Assembly: GCA_016203135.1 (NCBI GenBank) | Contig: JACQNI010000025.1 | Coordinates: forward strand, 1-48,816 | Source of the DNA: Candidatus Woesearchaeota archaeon | GTDB taxonomy: Archaea > Nanobdellota > Nanobdellia > SCGC-AAA011-G17 > JACPNG01 | Length of the DNA stretch: 48,816 bases | Direction: 5' to 3' | In this document: positions 28,282-36,618 of the stretch, piece by piece | Layout: the number at the start of each line of letters is the position of its first letter | How positions within the stretch are numbered: position 1 is the stretch's first letter | Translations under genes and position numbers: made by a program | The notes under the pieces: model-generated | Databases searched by the model: none | The model's input: the letters and a program-made list of their open reading frames with translations, nothing else | Told to the model about the DNA's origin: nothing

Positions 28282-28656
28282 TTAAAAGTAATTCAATACA
28301 AAATATAATCCAGCAAAAAATAACAACAAAGCCATCAATCCTACATTAACTGTCAATGTAGCCATGAAAGCAAATACGCTTAGATAATTTCTTCCTATCA
28401 ATAAAGGCAATAATCCAAGTATGAATAATAATACAGCTGTTGTTATTGTCAATATCTTATACTTATCATAATAAATCTTCAATGAATCATAAAACATTAC
28501 AACAGAGCTAATTAATATTATAAAAGCCAGAAAAGTCCTGTTGAACAAAAAGCTAAGTCCTTGTATTTCAGATAGTAAATTTATCAAATATAATAAAGCT
28601 ATTAATATAGAGATTATACCGATTCCAAGCCTTGCATATTTAAGATAATTCTCCAT
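28282..28656 (-). CDS. four-helix membrane protein, unknown function
   Basis: 124 aa, almost entirely hydrophobic helices. Confidence 0.5.
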   Translation of the reverse strand: MENYLKYARLGIGIISILIALLYLINLLSEIQGLSFLFNRTFLAFIILISSVVMFYDSLKIYYDKYKILTITTAVLLFILGLLPLLIGRNYLSVFAFMATLTVNVGLMALLLFFAGLYFVLNYF

Positions 28657-28948
28657 GTAACATCTTTCTAACTTTTTGATATAAAAATTTATCTATTTTG
28701 CTTAAATCTTGTAAGGCATCCCCATAAAGCACTAATCCCTCATTTGACCTTACTAATTTGCCAAAAATCCTCACATAATCATTGTCTTTAACACTATTTT
28801 CCATTAAGACTCTTAAGCTTTGGCTTCCATCGTCAACAACAAAGCCATTTTCTTCCCTGTTTACCACAGTCCCAGTAATAGAAATATTAACATCTTCCTC
28901 TTTTATCCCAGATATATTTCTTTCATTATAGGCTTGAACTGTTTCCAT
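28640..28948 (-). CDS. OB-fold nucleic-acid-binding protein (RPA-like / tRNA_anti-type OB)
   Basis: 102 aa. ISITGTVVNREENGFVVDDGSQSLRV...DYVRIFGKLV fits the beta-strand pattern of single OB-fold proteins. Confidence 0.4.
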   Translation of the reverse strand: METVQAYNERNISGIKEEDVNISITGTVVNREENGFVVDDGSQSLRVLMENSVKDNDYVRIFGKLVRSNEGLVLYGDALQDLSKIDKFLYQKVRKMLHGELS

Positions 28949-28949
28949 T

Positions 28950-29522
28950 TTATATTATATTCTTAAATTCTTGCAAAACAACTGGTAGTTTATTAACTTT
29001 ATCACTATCTGTAAAATGTCCCTTATCTTTTAATATAACAATCTTTGCTCCTAACTCTTTCTTAAACATACTCTCGTTCTCTTTTAGAAAATTGTATGGA
29101 TCATTGTTAGATAAGAATACAGTAAGTTTACTTATTTTTTCTCTAACTTTATTAAGGTCAATTTTAGTCTTTAACCATGGTTTTGCTACTGCTTCAACTT
29201 CTTTGTCTTCTAAATTATCCAATTTAAACCATCCTGCAACAAATACAATTTTATTTATTTTACCCTTATAATTTTCTTTTTCTAAATACCTCATAATAGT
29301 TTGACATCCCATGCTATGCCCAATAAAGCAAGTATCTCTACTTAATTTTCCAACAATTTTCTTTAAGTATGAAACCCATTCTTCTATTTTAGGTTCAGAA
29401 GTGTTAGGCATTTTAGGAACAATAACTTCAAATCCTTTTTTCTCTAATTCTTTCTTCATCCAGGGATACCAATGCATGTCAGGATTAAAATCCCATCCAT
29501 GAACGATAAACACTTTCTTCAT
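28950..29522 (-). CDS. alpha/beta serine hydrolase (YdeN/RBBP9-like)
   Basis: 190 aa from ATG 29522. The N-terminus reads VFIVHGW and the nucleophile elbow is GHSMG. The track TTG start at 29693 would overlap the TFS gene. Confidence 0.7.
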   Translation of the reverse strand: MKKVFIVHGWDFNPDMHWYPWMKKELEKKGFEVIVPKMPNTSEPKIEEWVSYLKKIVGKLSRDTCFIGHSMGCQTIMRYLEKENYKGKINKIVFVAGWFKLDNLEDKEVEAVAKPWLKTKIDLNKVREKISKLTVFLSNNDPYNFLKENESMFKKELGAKIVILKDKGHFTDSDKVNKLPVVLQEFKNII

Positions 29523-29526
29523 AATT

Positions 29527-29844
29527 TCAAGAATAATCTCTCCATCTATGGCTGCATTTCGTGCATTCAAAAAATCTTGTTTCAGACTCATCTCCAGCCC
29601 TTGTCTGAACAGTCCAGTAATATGCCTTATTATGCCTGCATTTAGGGCAGTCTTGGTCTGTCTTAGGCAATACCTCAACCTTTCTATCAACAACCTCTAT
29701 CTTGTCCTCCCTTGCTAGATTTATCTTTTCCTTGATTACAACATTAGACTTGGATCTAATTTTATAGTTGCACTTGGCACACTTCATTACTTTCTCGCCC
29801 TTTCTAGGTACAAGTATTGATCCACATTTAGGACAAAAATTCAT
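29527..29844 (-). CDS. tfs: transcription cleavage factor TFS (RpoM/TFIIS-like)
   Basis: 105 aa. N-terminal CPKC..C..C and C-terminal CPKC...C..C zinc ribbons, with the acidic hairpin QTRAGDESET. Confidence 0.9.
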   Translation of the reverse strand: MNFCPKCGSILVPRKGEKVMKCAKCNYKIRSKSNVVIKEKINLAREDKIEVVDRKVEVLPKTDQDCPKCRHNKAYYWTVQTRAGDESETRFFECTKCSHRWRDYS

Positions 29845-30395
29845 TATTTCCTCATAATATCAATCAGGTTATTAAACATTATCTTTACCCACCCAAGATA
29901 AGGAATTCTAAAAACCCCTTTTCCAATGATTTCTTCTTGACTTACTTGGCCATTATCTGGTATCTTATTGTTGTCTCCTTTTGTAATATAACCAATATCT
30001 TTATCAACAATTCGATGTATTATTGGATATCTAGCTTTTCCCTTGTCATAAACTATAATATCCCCTTTTTCTAGGCTTTTTGACCCATATAAAACAATTA
30101 TGTCCCCTGTGTTAAATCCATTCCTGAAGTCAAAATCTTTAAACATCTCTTTTGTTATTTCCTTTCCAGCATAAAAATCATTATTATCTTCCCACCAGTT
30201 ATCAAAATTTTTGCCGTTATGTTCCATACTTGAGCTTACAACAGCAACAACAGGCAGACTAGTATTTAAAATTAACCCCAATCCAGGATATATTATGAAT
30301 TTAACCAGAATAAATGCTAATATAATGTTAACTATCCATGACCATATTGAATCTTCCTTCCATATAAAGTGCCATATTTTCTTTAGGTTTGTCAT
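29844..30395 (-). CDS. signal peptidase I (archaeal/Sec11 type, S26B)
   Basis: 183 aa. An N-terminal TM helix, a catalytic Ser box VVSSSMEH and a His box YPIIHRIV. Confidence 0.8.
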   Translation of the reverse strand: MTNLKKIWHFIWKEDSIWSWIVNIILAFILVKFIIYPGLGLILNTSLPVVAVVSSSMEHNGKNFDNWWEDNNDFYAGKEITKEMFKDFDFRNGFNTGDIIVLYGSKSLEKGDIIVYDKGKARYPIIHRIVDKDIGYITKGDNNKIPDNGQVSQEEIIGKGVFRIPYLGWVKIMFNNLIDIMRK

Positions 30396-30433
30396 TTAAC
30401 TCCAAAAATTCAGCACTATATTAAAATTTTGTT

Positions 30434-30697
30434 TTATATGCTTTCAAACTTCTTAAGAAATTCATCATTCTTCTTCTTTAATCTATTAGAAGTTTCAACT
30501 AATGCCTTCTTTGGATCCTTGCTCTCAACAACTAAAATAGGATTGCTTACTAATGCATGTTTAATAGCATATCCAGCTATTTCTATATCTTTATCCTGCC
30601 ATAATTCTTTTCTGATAATATTGCAAAAAGTATGATCTTCCCCAACTACTTCTAGCTTCAATAACCCTTTATCCATTTCTATTACCTTTAATTCCAT
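30434..30697 (-). CDS. rpoL: DNA-directed RNA polymerase subunit L (Rpo11)
   Basis: 87 aa. The GEDHTFCNIIR...IAGYAIKHALVSNP pattern of RpoL/Rpb11. Confidence 0.85.
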   Translation of the reverse strand: MELKVIEMDKGLLKLEVVGEDHTFCNIIRKELWQDKDIEIAGYAIKHALVSNPILVVESKDPKKALVETSNRLKKKNDEFLKKFESI

Positions 30698-30796
30698 GTT
30701 TTTGATTAAGACTATGCTTTTTTAAGTCTTTCGGCTAAAGCATTAGTTAGCAAAGTTAATTACACATTCAACTATAGATTTTAGGACTATTAAATC

Positions 30797-31768
30797 TCAA
30801 AGCCTTATTTCCTTTTCCAACCAAGGAATATGCTCATTTTTTCTCTTCCAAAAAATATCTTCCCAAATATAGTGAACTGCAAGCATTGAATACTTACCAT
30901 ATCTCTTCTTAATGTCGTTCCTGATTTTATTAGCTGGAACAAGTGACTTTTTGTAAAATAATCGCGAGTAAATTTTCTGTTGCCAAGATGCAATATGATC
31001 GAACGTATTATATTGATGACAAACTTCGAAAAGAAGTATGCGGGCAGTTTCAGGCCCTACCCCGTATAATTTCATCAATGCTTTTTTCGCATTCTCTTGA
31101 TCAAGCATTCTAAGTTTATTCTCATCAATTTTATGCTCAGTAAAATCTTTAGATAATCGTTTAATAAATTTTGCTCGATAGCCGACTTTCAAATCTCGTA
31201 AATTTTGTTCAGTAACCTTTTCTAATTCTTTCGGTAACCAGATAACAAAAATCTCCTTATCATCGAATTTTAGCTTAACTCCATAATTATCAAGAAGCAG
31301 ATCCATCATTTGCACAGTTCTTCTAACTGTAGCATTCTGCAAAAGCACTGAAATAATAAGAAGCTCGTATAAATTATGTGCGCTTGAGTTTCGCATTCCC
31401 AACCATTTTTTAAAAATTGGATAAAAGCGCTTATCTTTTTTGGCAATTGCGTTAAATTCTTTCAAATCAGCATTTAGATCAAAACGCCAAATTAGCTCTT
31501 GCTTAATATTCTCAATATCTTCATCAGAAATATTATTGTTATAGAAAATAGAGATTTTTATTTTTGGATTTTTTGGTTGACCTTTATTTTCAATTTTAAG
31601 TCCGAAAAGTCTCTCATCAATCCTAATGGCTTGCCAATACTTTCCAGATTCCCAATCATCTAGTTTATCTGGAAAGTGCGATGGTTTATGAAAAGTTCCA
31701 TCAAAGTGGAATGGTGAACTTGGAAAAATAAAAAATTCCTTTTCATTCTTAAAAAATTGAGATTTCAT
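30797..31768 (-). CDS. HhH-GPD superfamily DNA glycosylase (AlkA/Ogg-like)
   Basis: 323 aa. VLLQNATVRRTV..., helix-hairpin-helix LYGVGPETARILLF and a downstream Asp (FDHIASW). Confidence 0.7.
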   Translation of the reverse strand: MKSQFFKNEKEFFIFPSSPFHFDGTFHKPSHFPDKLDDWESGKYWQAIRIDERLFGLKIENKGQPKNPKIKISIFYNNNISDEDIENIKQELIWRFDLNADLKEFNAIAKKDKRFYPIFKKWLGMRNSSAHNLYELLIISVLLQNATVRRTVQMMDLLLDNYGVKLKFDDKEIFVIWLPKELEKVTEQNLRDLKVGYRAKFIKRLSKDFTEHKIDENKLRMLDQENAKKALMKLYGVGPETARILLFEVCHQYNTFDHIASWQQKIYSRLFYKKSLVPANKIRNDIKKRYGKYSMLAVHYIWEDIFWKRKNEHIPWLEKEIRL

Positions 31769-32400
31769 GTTAAGGGTAGTTCACGTCTTTCTATCCGCCA
31801 TAAGTCAACCTTGACAAAATAGGTTTCCTTCTTGTGAAACTTTAATGTTTTTTTAATTAAAAAGTCAATCTCTTTTATTTTTATCGCTGAAAAATTATTT
31901 TCTTTGCAAATTTTTTTTATGAAATCATCGCTTCCTGTTTTATGAAAGCTATAGATCAGATCGCTTATCTCCATGGCCTTTTCCAAAAAAATTTTATCGG
32001 CCTTTCTCTTCTGAACCCCAAAAGGCGGATTTTCCATGACAATATCTACCTTCTCTTTAAAATCACCAATTTCAGAGTTAATTATTTTAACATTCAATTT
32101 CTGTCCTACAAATCTTTCAAGTATTTTTTTATTTTCTTCAGAAACCTTTACAGCGTTTTTATCAGAGTCTATAAGATATACAATCTTTGCGCTCAACAAA
32201 GAAGCAGAAAATCCAAGAATTCCATTCCCAGATCCAAGATCAGCAACCCTTTTATTTTCAAATTTTTTTTCTAAGTTGATCTGCCATGCAACAAAAGAAG
32301 CTACCTCAGAATCAGTCTGATATTGTTCTAGATTTACATCAGGATTTTCAAAAGTCTTTAGTTTAGACAACAATACTGCAAGCTCTTTCTTACTTTTCAT
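31765..32400 (-). CDS. N6-adenine-type RNA methyltransferase (COG2263/METTL5-like)
   Basis: 211 aa. Motif I VADLGSGNGILG and motif IV ENPPFG. Confidence 0.75.
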   Translation of the reverse strand: MKSKKELAVLLSKLKTFENPDVNLEQYQTDSEVASFVAWQINLEKKFENKRVADLGSGNGILGFSASLLSAKIVYLIDSDKNAVKVSEENKKILERFVGQKLNVKIINSEIGDFKEKVDIVMENPPFGVQKRKADKIFLEKAMEISDLIYSFHKTGSDDFIKKICKENNFSAIKIKEIDFLIKKTLKFHKKETYFVKVDLWRIERRELPLT

Positions 32401-32857
32401 CCTTAATCTTTAACATGTCTCCAATTGTAATGCCTTTGTCGCTAAAATTTATATCCCTATTTTTTTCCTTTTCTTTTTTTTCCTCTTTATGCATTGTTAT
32501 TAATTTTATCCTTAAGTATTGCTCTAATTTCTTTGCCAAAGGAATAGTTGGCTCAAGTTGTCCTGATTCAATCTTATGTATAACGCTTTCTTTTTCAGCT
32601 ATAAACCTAGCCAAGTCTGCCTGAGTCATTTTCATGCTTTCCCTTGCCTTTTTTATTTTTTGGCTGTAATCATTTGCAATGATATTAACTTCTTCATCCA
32701 TGCTACCAGCAGAACTAATCTGTTTTTCAACAAGCTCCTTGCTGGGCAATCTAACTACATTTCCAAAATTAGCGCAATTTCTGCATACATTAAGCAGGCT
32801 GCCTTCTACTATGGCTTCAACTAAAACAGCCTCTCTACCACATACATCGCATTGCAT
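32390..32857 (-). CDS. mbf1: archaeal MBF1-type transcription factor (Zn ribbon + HTH)
   Basis: 155 aa. N-terminal CDVC...CRNC and a Cro/C1 HTH, MTQADLARFIAEKESVIHKIESG. Confidence 0.8.
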   Translation of the reverse strand: MQCDVCGREAVLVEAIVEGSLLNVCRNCANFGNVVRLPSKELVEKQISSAGSMDEEVNIIANDYSQKIKKARESMKMTQADLARFIAEKESVIHKIESGQLEPTIPLAKKLEQYLRIKLITMHKEEKKEKEKNRDINFSDKGITIGDMLKIKDEK

Positions 32858-32880
32858 TTTATTTTAATGGCTTACAAATA

Positions 32881-32892
32881 TATTAATCTTTC
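32881..32892 (-). promoter_or_regulatory. BRE/TATA module GAAAGATTAATA for mbf1
   Basis: Left arm of a perfect 12-nt inverted repeat, with the TATA about 27 nt from ATG 32857. Confidence 0.4.
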
Positions 32893-32924
32893 CATCAAAA
32901 CTAGTTTTTTAACAAACTTACTTA

Positions 32925-32936
32925 GAAAGATTAATA
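32925..32936 (+). promoter_or_regulatory. BRE/TATA module GAAAGATTAATA for 32960 gene
   Basis: Right arm of the inverted repeat, with the TATA about 25 nt from ATG 32960. Confidence 0.4.
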
Positions 32937-32959
32937 AATATGTTTCCATTAATTAACTT

Positions 32960-33226
32960 ATGGAAACAAAAAACATACAATTAGAATCAGATCGTCGTTG
33001 TAGTGTAGAAGAACTGGAAAGAATACTTAATGATGCACCAATTAGCGTTTTTGGTCTTGGTTTAAAATTAGTTGCTCGTATGGAACTTGGCAGAATTATA
33101 TATATTAGACCAATTGAAGGTAAGGTCTCTTATGTTAAAGTTTATGATGTTGATGTAGAAAACCTTAGCAATGATCATTTATTTTTCAATTATAAAAATC
33201 AAAAATTTGAAATTCAATACAATTAG
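32960..33226 (+). CDS. hypothetical protein
   Basis: 88 aa with no recognisable motif. Uses CGT Arg codons, which look unusual for this window. Confidence 0.4.
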   Translation: METKNIQLESDRRCSVEELERILNDAPISVFGLGLKLVARMELGRIIYIRPIEGKVSYVKVYDVDVENLSNDHLFFNYKNQKFEIQYN

Positions 33227-33254
33227 CTCATCACAACTTTCTCAGCATCTTGCA

Positions 33255-33962
33255 CTAGAACTCTCCATTATTGCACTCTTCTTCAAATATTTCCTTAAAG
33301 TCTTCACAAAAAACTTCAAACAATTTTTCCTTAGTCATTAATCCCTCATATTTTTTATCCCCAATAACTAAGCTAGGAGTTTTGGTAATATTATAAGAAG
33401 ATTTTATTATCTCTATTCCAGGTTCTCTTTCAAAGTCTGCGTCTATTGCAAATATCAATATCTTGTCTTGATATTTGTCCTTCAAAAAAGTTAATACATT
33501 TCCTTGCAGCACACAGTCATTACATTCTTGATTGGAGTAAAAGTATAATATTGGTATATCTTCTTGCAAGCAAAGTTCTCTTACTTGTATAGATAAAAGC
33601 CAGTATCTTAACTCAGATATCATATATGCCCTTTTCAAGTTTAAAAAGTTCTCATTATCCTCGCTTAATGTAGCAGTCAAATAATCTTCAAGTTGTTTTC
33701 TAGTCTTGTCAATTTCATTCAAATTATTTTCCAGTGTTTTCTGTGCAACAGGGCAGTTTTTTTCCCTGGAAAAAATATTAAGATATAGATACTGCAGCTG
33801 CAAGCTCTCAAGATCTAGGTTTTGTATTCTGCTCTTTTCTTCAATGGCCCCTTCCCTTGAATTAGTCAAAATTAATCCAAGAAATATCCCAAATATAAAA
33901 ATAACTAAAGTAATTATTCCTGCAATGATGTATATTCTGCTGGATATTTTTCTCTCTACCAT
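33255..33962 (-). CDS. membrane-anchored thioredoxin-fold CxxC protein (putative extracytoplasmic thiol-disulfide oxidoreductase)
   Basis: 235 aa. The order is an N-terminal TM helix, a coiled-coil segment, then YFYSNQECNDCVLQ (CxxC) and a ...KTPSLVIG... thioredoxin-like C-terminus. Confidence 0.6.
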   Translation of the reverse strand: MVERKISSRIYIIAGIITLVIFIFGIFLGLILTNSREGAIEEKSRIQNLDLESLQLQYLYLNIFSREKNCPVAQKTLENNLNEIDKTRKQLEDYLTATLSEDNENFLNLKRAYMISELRYWLLSIQVRELCLQEDIPILYFYSNQECNDCVLQGNVLTFLKDKYQDKILIFAIDADFEREPGIEIIKSSYNITKTPSLVIGDKKYEGLMTKEKLFEVFCEDFKEIFEEECNNGEF

Positions 33963-35209
33963 TTCTGAAATTTACCTCTGATAAGATCAAGAAAAACGCC
34001 AAACAATACTACAGAAGCAAGCACTGAATAAAATAATAAATAAGAAGGGATAGTTATATATCCATATCTTGACAAGGGTTCATTTGCATGTTTATGCGCA
34101 TATTTTATCAAGAATAAAGCCAAGATAAACAAAACAACAGCATAAAAATAACTTACCAAGTCTAAATTAATAAATGCAAAATTATCCATAAATCTTTTCA
34201 AGGGCATTACGAAATTAAAATCTGTCAAAGAAAGCACTTTAATTTTTGTTATTAGTGGCTGTATTAAATTTGAATACAAGACTACAGATATTACAAACAA
34301 AACAGCAACGCTTTCAAGCAATATTCTTGGCATTTGTATAAATCCAAAATCTCCATATTTTTTATTGAATGCCATGTTTCTATATTTTAATGCATTAAGA
34401 AATGTCCCTTTATACCATCTATTTCTTTGCCTGTAAAATGCCTTAAATGTCCCTGGAGCCTTTGTATAAACCTCTGTGTTAAATACTTGTATTATTTTGT
34501 AATGGTTTTTCTGCAATCTTAATGTTAATTCCAAATCCTCAACCAAGTTTTTTTCATCAAAACCTCCAAGATTCTCTATTGTTTCTTTTCTGTATGTGCT
34601 AAAAGGTCCTGGAGCGACATGCACACAGTCTAATATTGACATTAATCTTTTGTAAAATAAATTTACCAAGTACTCGCACCATTGTATTTTCTGCAATAAG
34701 TTTTTAGGATTGAATACCTTCATCAAGGGTAAAACCGCAGCAACATCATTGTCTTTGAATCTTGGTATTACTTTCTTCAATGCATCTTCCCTTATAATTG
34801 AATCAGAATCCATTGTCGTGAAAAATTCTCCATCAGCTATTTTTAAGGCTGCATTCAATGCAGATCCTTTTCCATGATTATTTTGATTTATCAGTTTTAT
34901 ATTAAATCCAGGATTTTCATTTATGGTTTTTTCTACAATCTCTTTTGTCTTGTCAGTGCTTCCATCATTCACAATAATAACCCCTAACTTCTCCCTGGGA
35001 TAATCAAGCCTTAACACAGAATTTATTGTTTCAGAAATATTTTTTTCTTCATTATAAGCTGGAATTGCAATTGTAGCTTTTGGATATATCTCCATTTTTT
35101 CTTCAGTTTCAACTATATTTTTTTCCAAAAAGACTAAAAGCCAGAAGATTATCAAGTAAAGAAAAAAGACATAAGACAGCCAAACAACTAAAACGCTAAA
35201 AGGTATCAT
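33956..35209 (-). CDS. processive GT2 beta-glycan synthase (PgaC/chitin-synthase-like)
   Basis: 417 aa. IAIPAYNEE, VNDGSTD, MDSDS, VEDLEL and the processivity motif QRNRW (QxxRW), flanked by TM helices. Confidence 0.8.
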   Translation of the reverse strand: MIPFSVLVVWLSYVFFLYLIIFWLLVFLEKNIVETEEKMEIYPKATIAIPAYNEEKNISETINSVLRLDYPREKLGVIIVNDGSTDKTKEIVEKTINENPGFNIKLINQNNHGKGSALNAALKIADGEFFTTMDSDSIIREDALKKVIPRFKDNDVAAVLPLMKVFNPKNLLQKIQWCEYLVNLFYKRLMSILDCVHVAPGPFSTYRKETIENLGGFDEKNLVEDLELTLRLQKNHYKIIQVFNTEVYTKAPGTFKAFYRQRNRWYKGTFLNALKYRNMAFNKKYGDFGFIQMPRILLESVAVLFVISVVLYSNLIQPLITKIKVLSLTDFNFVMPLKRFMDNFAFINLDLVSYFYAVVLFILALFLIKYAHKHANEPLSRYGYITIPSYLLFYSVLASVVLFGVFLDLIRGKFQKW

Positions 35210-35211
35210 AA

Positions 35212-36618
35212 TTATTCTACCCCATATATTTCATAACCATTTTTATTGTATATCTTTTTAAAGGTTGTGCTAAATTTAAGCAAGAATAATATTCCTTCAT
35301 CTTCCTGATTCCATAGTTTTCCCCTCATTTCAGGGTCTATATAGATATAGTCTATTCCATATTTCTTGGTTAATGTTATTGCTTCCTTCAAGTCCTTAGT
35401 ATACATCAATTTGTAAAAATCTTCATTTCTTTCCCTTAAACCTGGCGCAAAGAAGAACTCACCATCCATAAAATTCTTTCTTTCAGATAAAGCGCTTATA
35501 AAATGTCCATTTGAATGATAAGACAAGACAATGTCATCCTTGTTGCTGTTTTCTCTTAAAAAATTCATTGCATCTATTGTGCCTTGATTCGGATTTTTAT
35601 CTTTTATCTGATTCATATAAGTAACTGTTGAAAATATTAAGCCTATGGAAATTATAAGTAATGATAATGTTTTTATTGAATCGCTTTCCCATTTCATGCT
35701 TATCAATTTTATTAATCCCAATGAAGCCAGAAATGCTATGATAAAGTTCAAGTATAGCAGTGATTTTGTGTTGAATATAGCAAGTATAGCTAATAAAACT
35801 AAGGACAAGTATATTATAAAATTTTGGTATTTTTTCTCCCATAATCTCGAAAGTCCAAAAAATGATAAGAACACTGCAAATATGCTTATTCCATAAATCC
35901 CGCCAAAATCAGATATAAACTCTTGGATAAAAGATAGATTATTGAATTCGATGCTTGGAATTCCATTCAATATAAACGGCCAGATTATCATGAAAAGCAA
36001 TATTGCTAAAATAAAGTATGATCTCTTTAGCCCATATCTAAATCCAATAATTGCAGTAAAAAGTAATGTGATTATTCCATGAAATATTCCAAAAAAAGGC
36101 GCAATTAATATAAGCAGATATGAAAAAAAGCTTTTTTTATATAAAAGCAGTAAAAAAGCACATAATAATAAAAAAACAGGAACAATAAAATCATTTGAAA
36201 CAGTTCCTGCATATATAAAAGCCGGCGACAATGCTAATATTATACATGAAAATATCCTAGCCCTTAAGCTCAAGCCAGTTTTTTTTAACAAATAATAAAA
36301 AACAACCAAGGAAGCTAAAGCAAATATCATCGGAAGTATTTTGGATGCATTTTCTAAAGTAATTCCAAATGACTTGGAAAATATATTAAGCATGAGATGC
36401 CATGCATTGAATATGTGATTTCTTCCAGAAAAGCTTAATTGATCATAAGTCATAAAAGGATTTTCTGCAATCCTTAGATGATAATAAGCTTCATCTCCTA
36501 TTAATAATTCCCCCCTCTGCAGATTAACAATTAACAATAAAGTAGCAGAAAGAATAACAACAAATAAAACACTGATTAAATCAGCACCTGCGTTTATATA
36601 TTTTTTCTCCATTTCCAT
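35212..36618 (-). CDS. STT3/AglB-like GT-C membrane protein lacking the WWDYG motif
   Basis: 468 aa. First loop GDEAYYHLR. The C-terminal block DDIVLSYHSNGHFISALSERKNFMDGEF aligns with AglB TAVFAHWWDYGYLVQYGANRATLSDGGN. Confidence 0.6.
   Translation of the reverse strand: MEMEKKYINAGADLISVLFVVILSATLLLIVNLQRGELLIGDEAYYHLRIAENPFMTYDQLSFSGRNHIFNAWHLMLNIFSKSFGITLENASKILPMIFALASLVVFYYLLKKTGLSLRARIFSCIILALSPAFIYAGTVSNDFIVPVFLLLCAFLLLLYKKSFFSYLLILIAPFFGIFHGIITLLFTAIIGFRYGLKRSYFILAILLFMIIWPFILNGIPSIEFNNLSFIQEFISDFGGIYGISIFAVFLSFFGLSRLWEKKYQNFIIYLSLVLLAILAIFNTKSLLYLNFIIAFLASLGLIKLISMKWESDSIKTLSLLIISIGLIFSTVTYMNQIKDKNPNQGTIDAMNFLRENSNKDDIVLSYHSNGHFISALSERKNFMDGEFFFAPGLRERNEDFYKLMYTKDLKEAITLTKKYGIDYIYIDPEMRGKLWNQEDEGILFLLKFSTTFKKIYNKNGYEIYGVE

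Noticed and set aside
28950-29693. Long 247-aa version of the hydrolase starting at TTG 29693
   Set aside because: The extension overlaps most of the TFS gene in another frame and has no hydrolase similarity. ATG 29522 starts directly at the conserved VFIVHGW strand, 4 nt after the TFS stop. The same logic was applied to the TTG-started track ORFs at 2878, 20921, 38089, 42808, 43720 and 44944, and to the non-ATG upstream track start at 45806.
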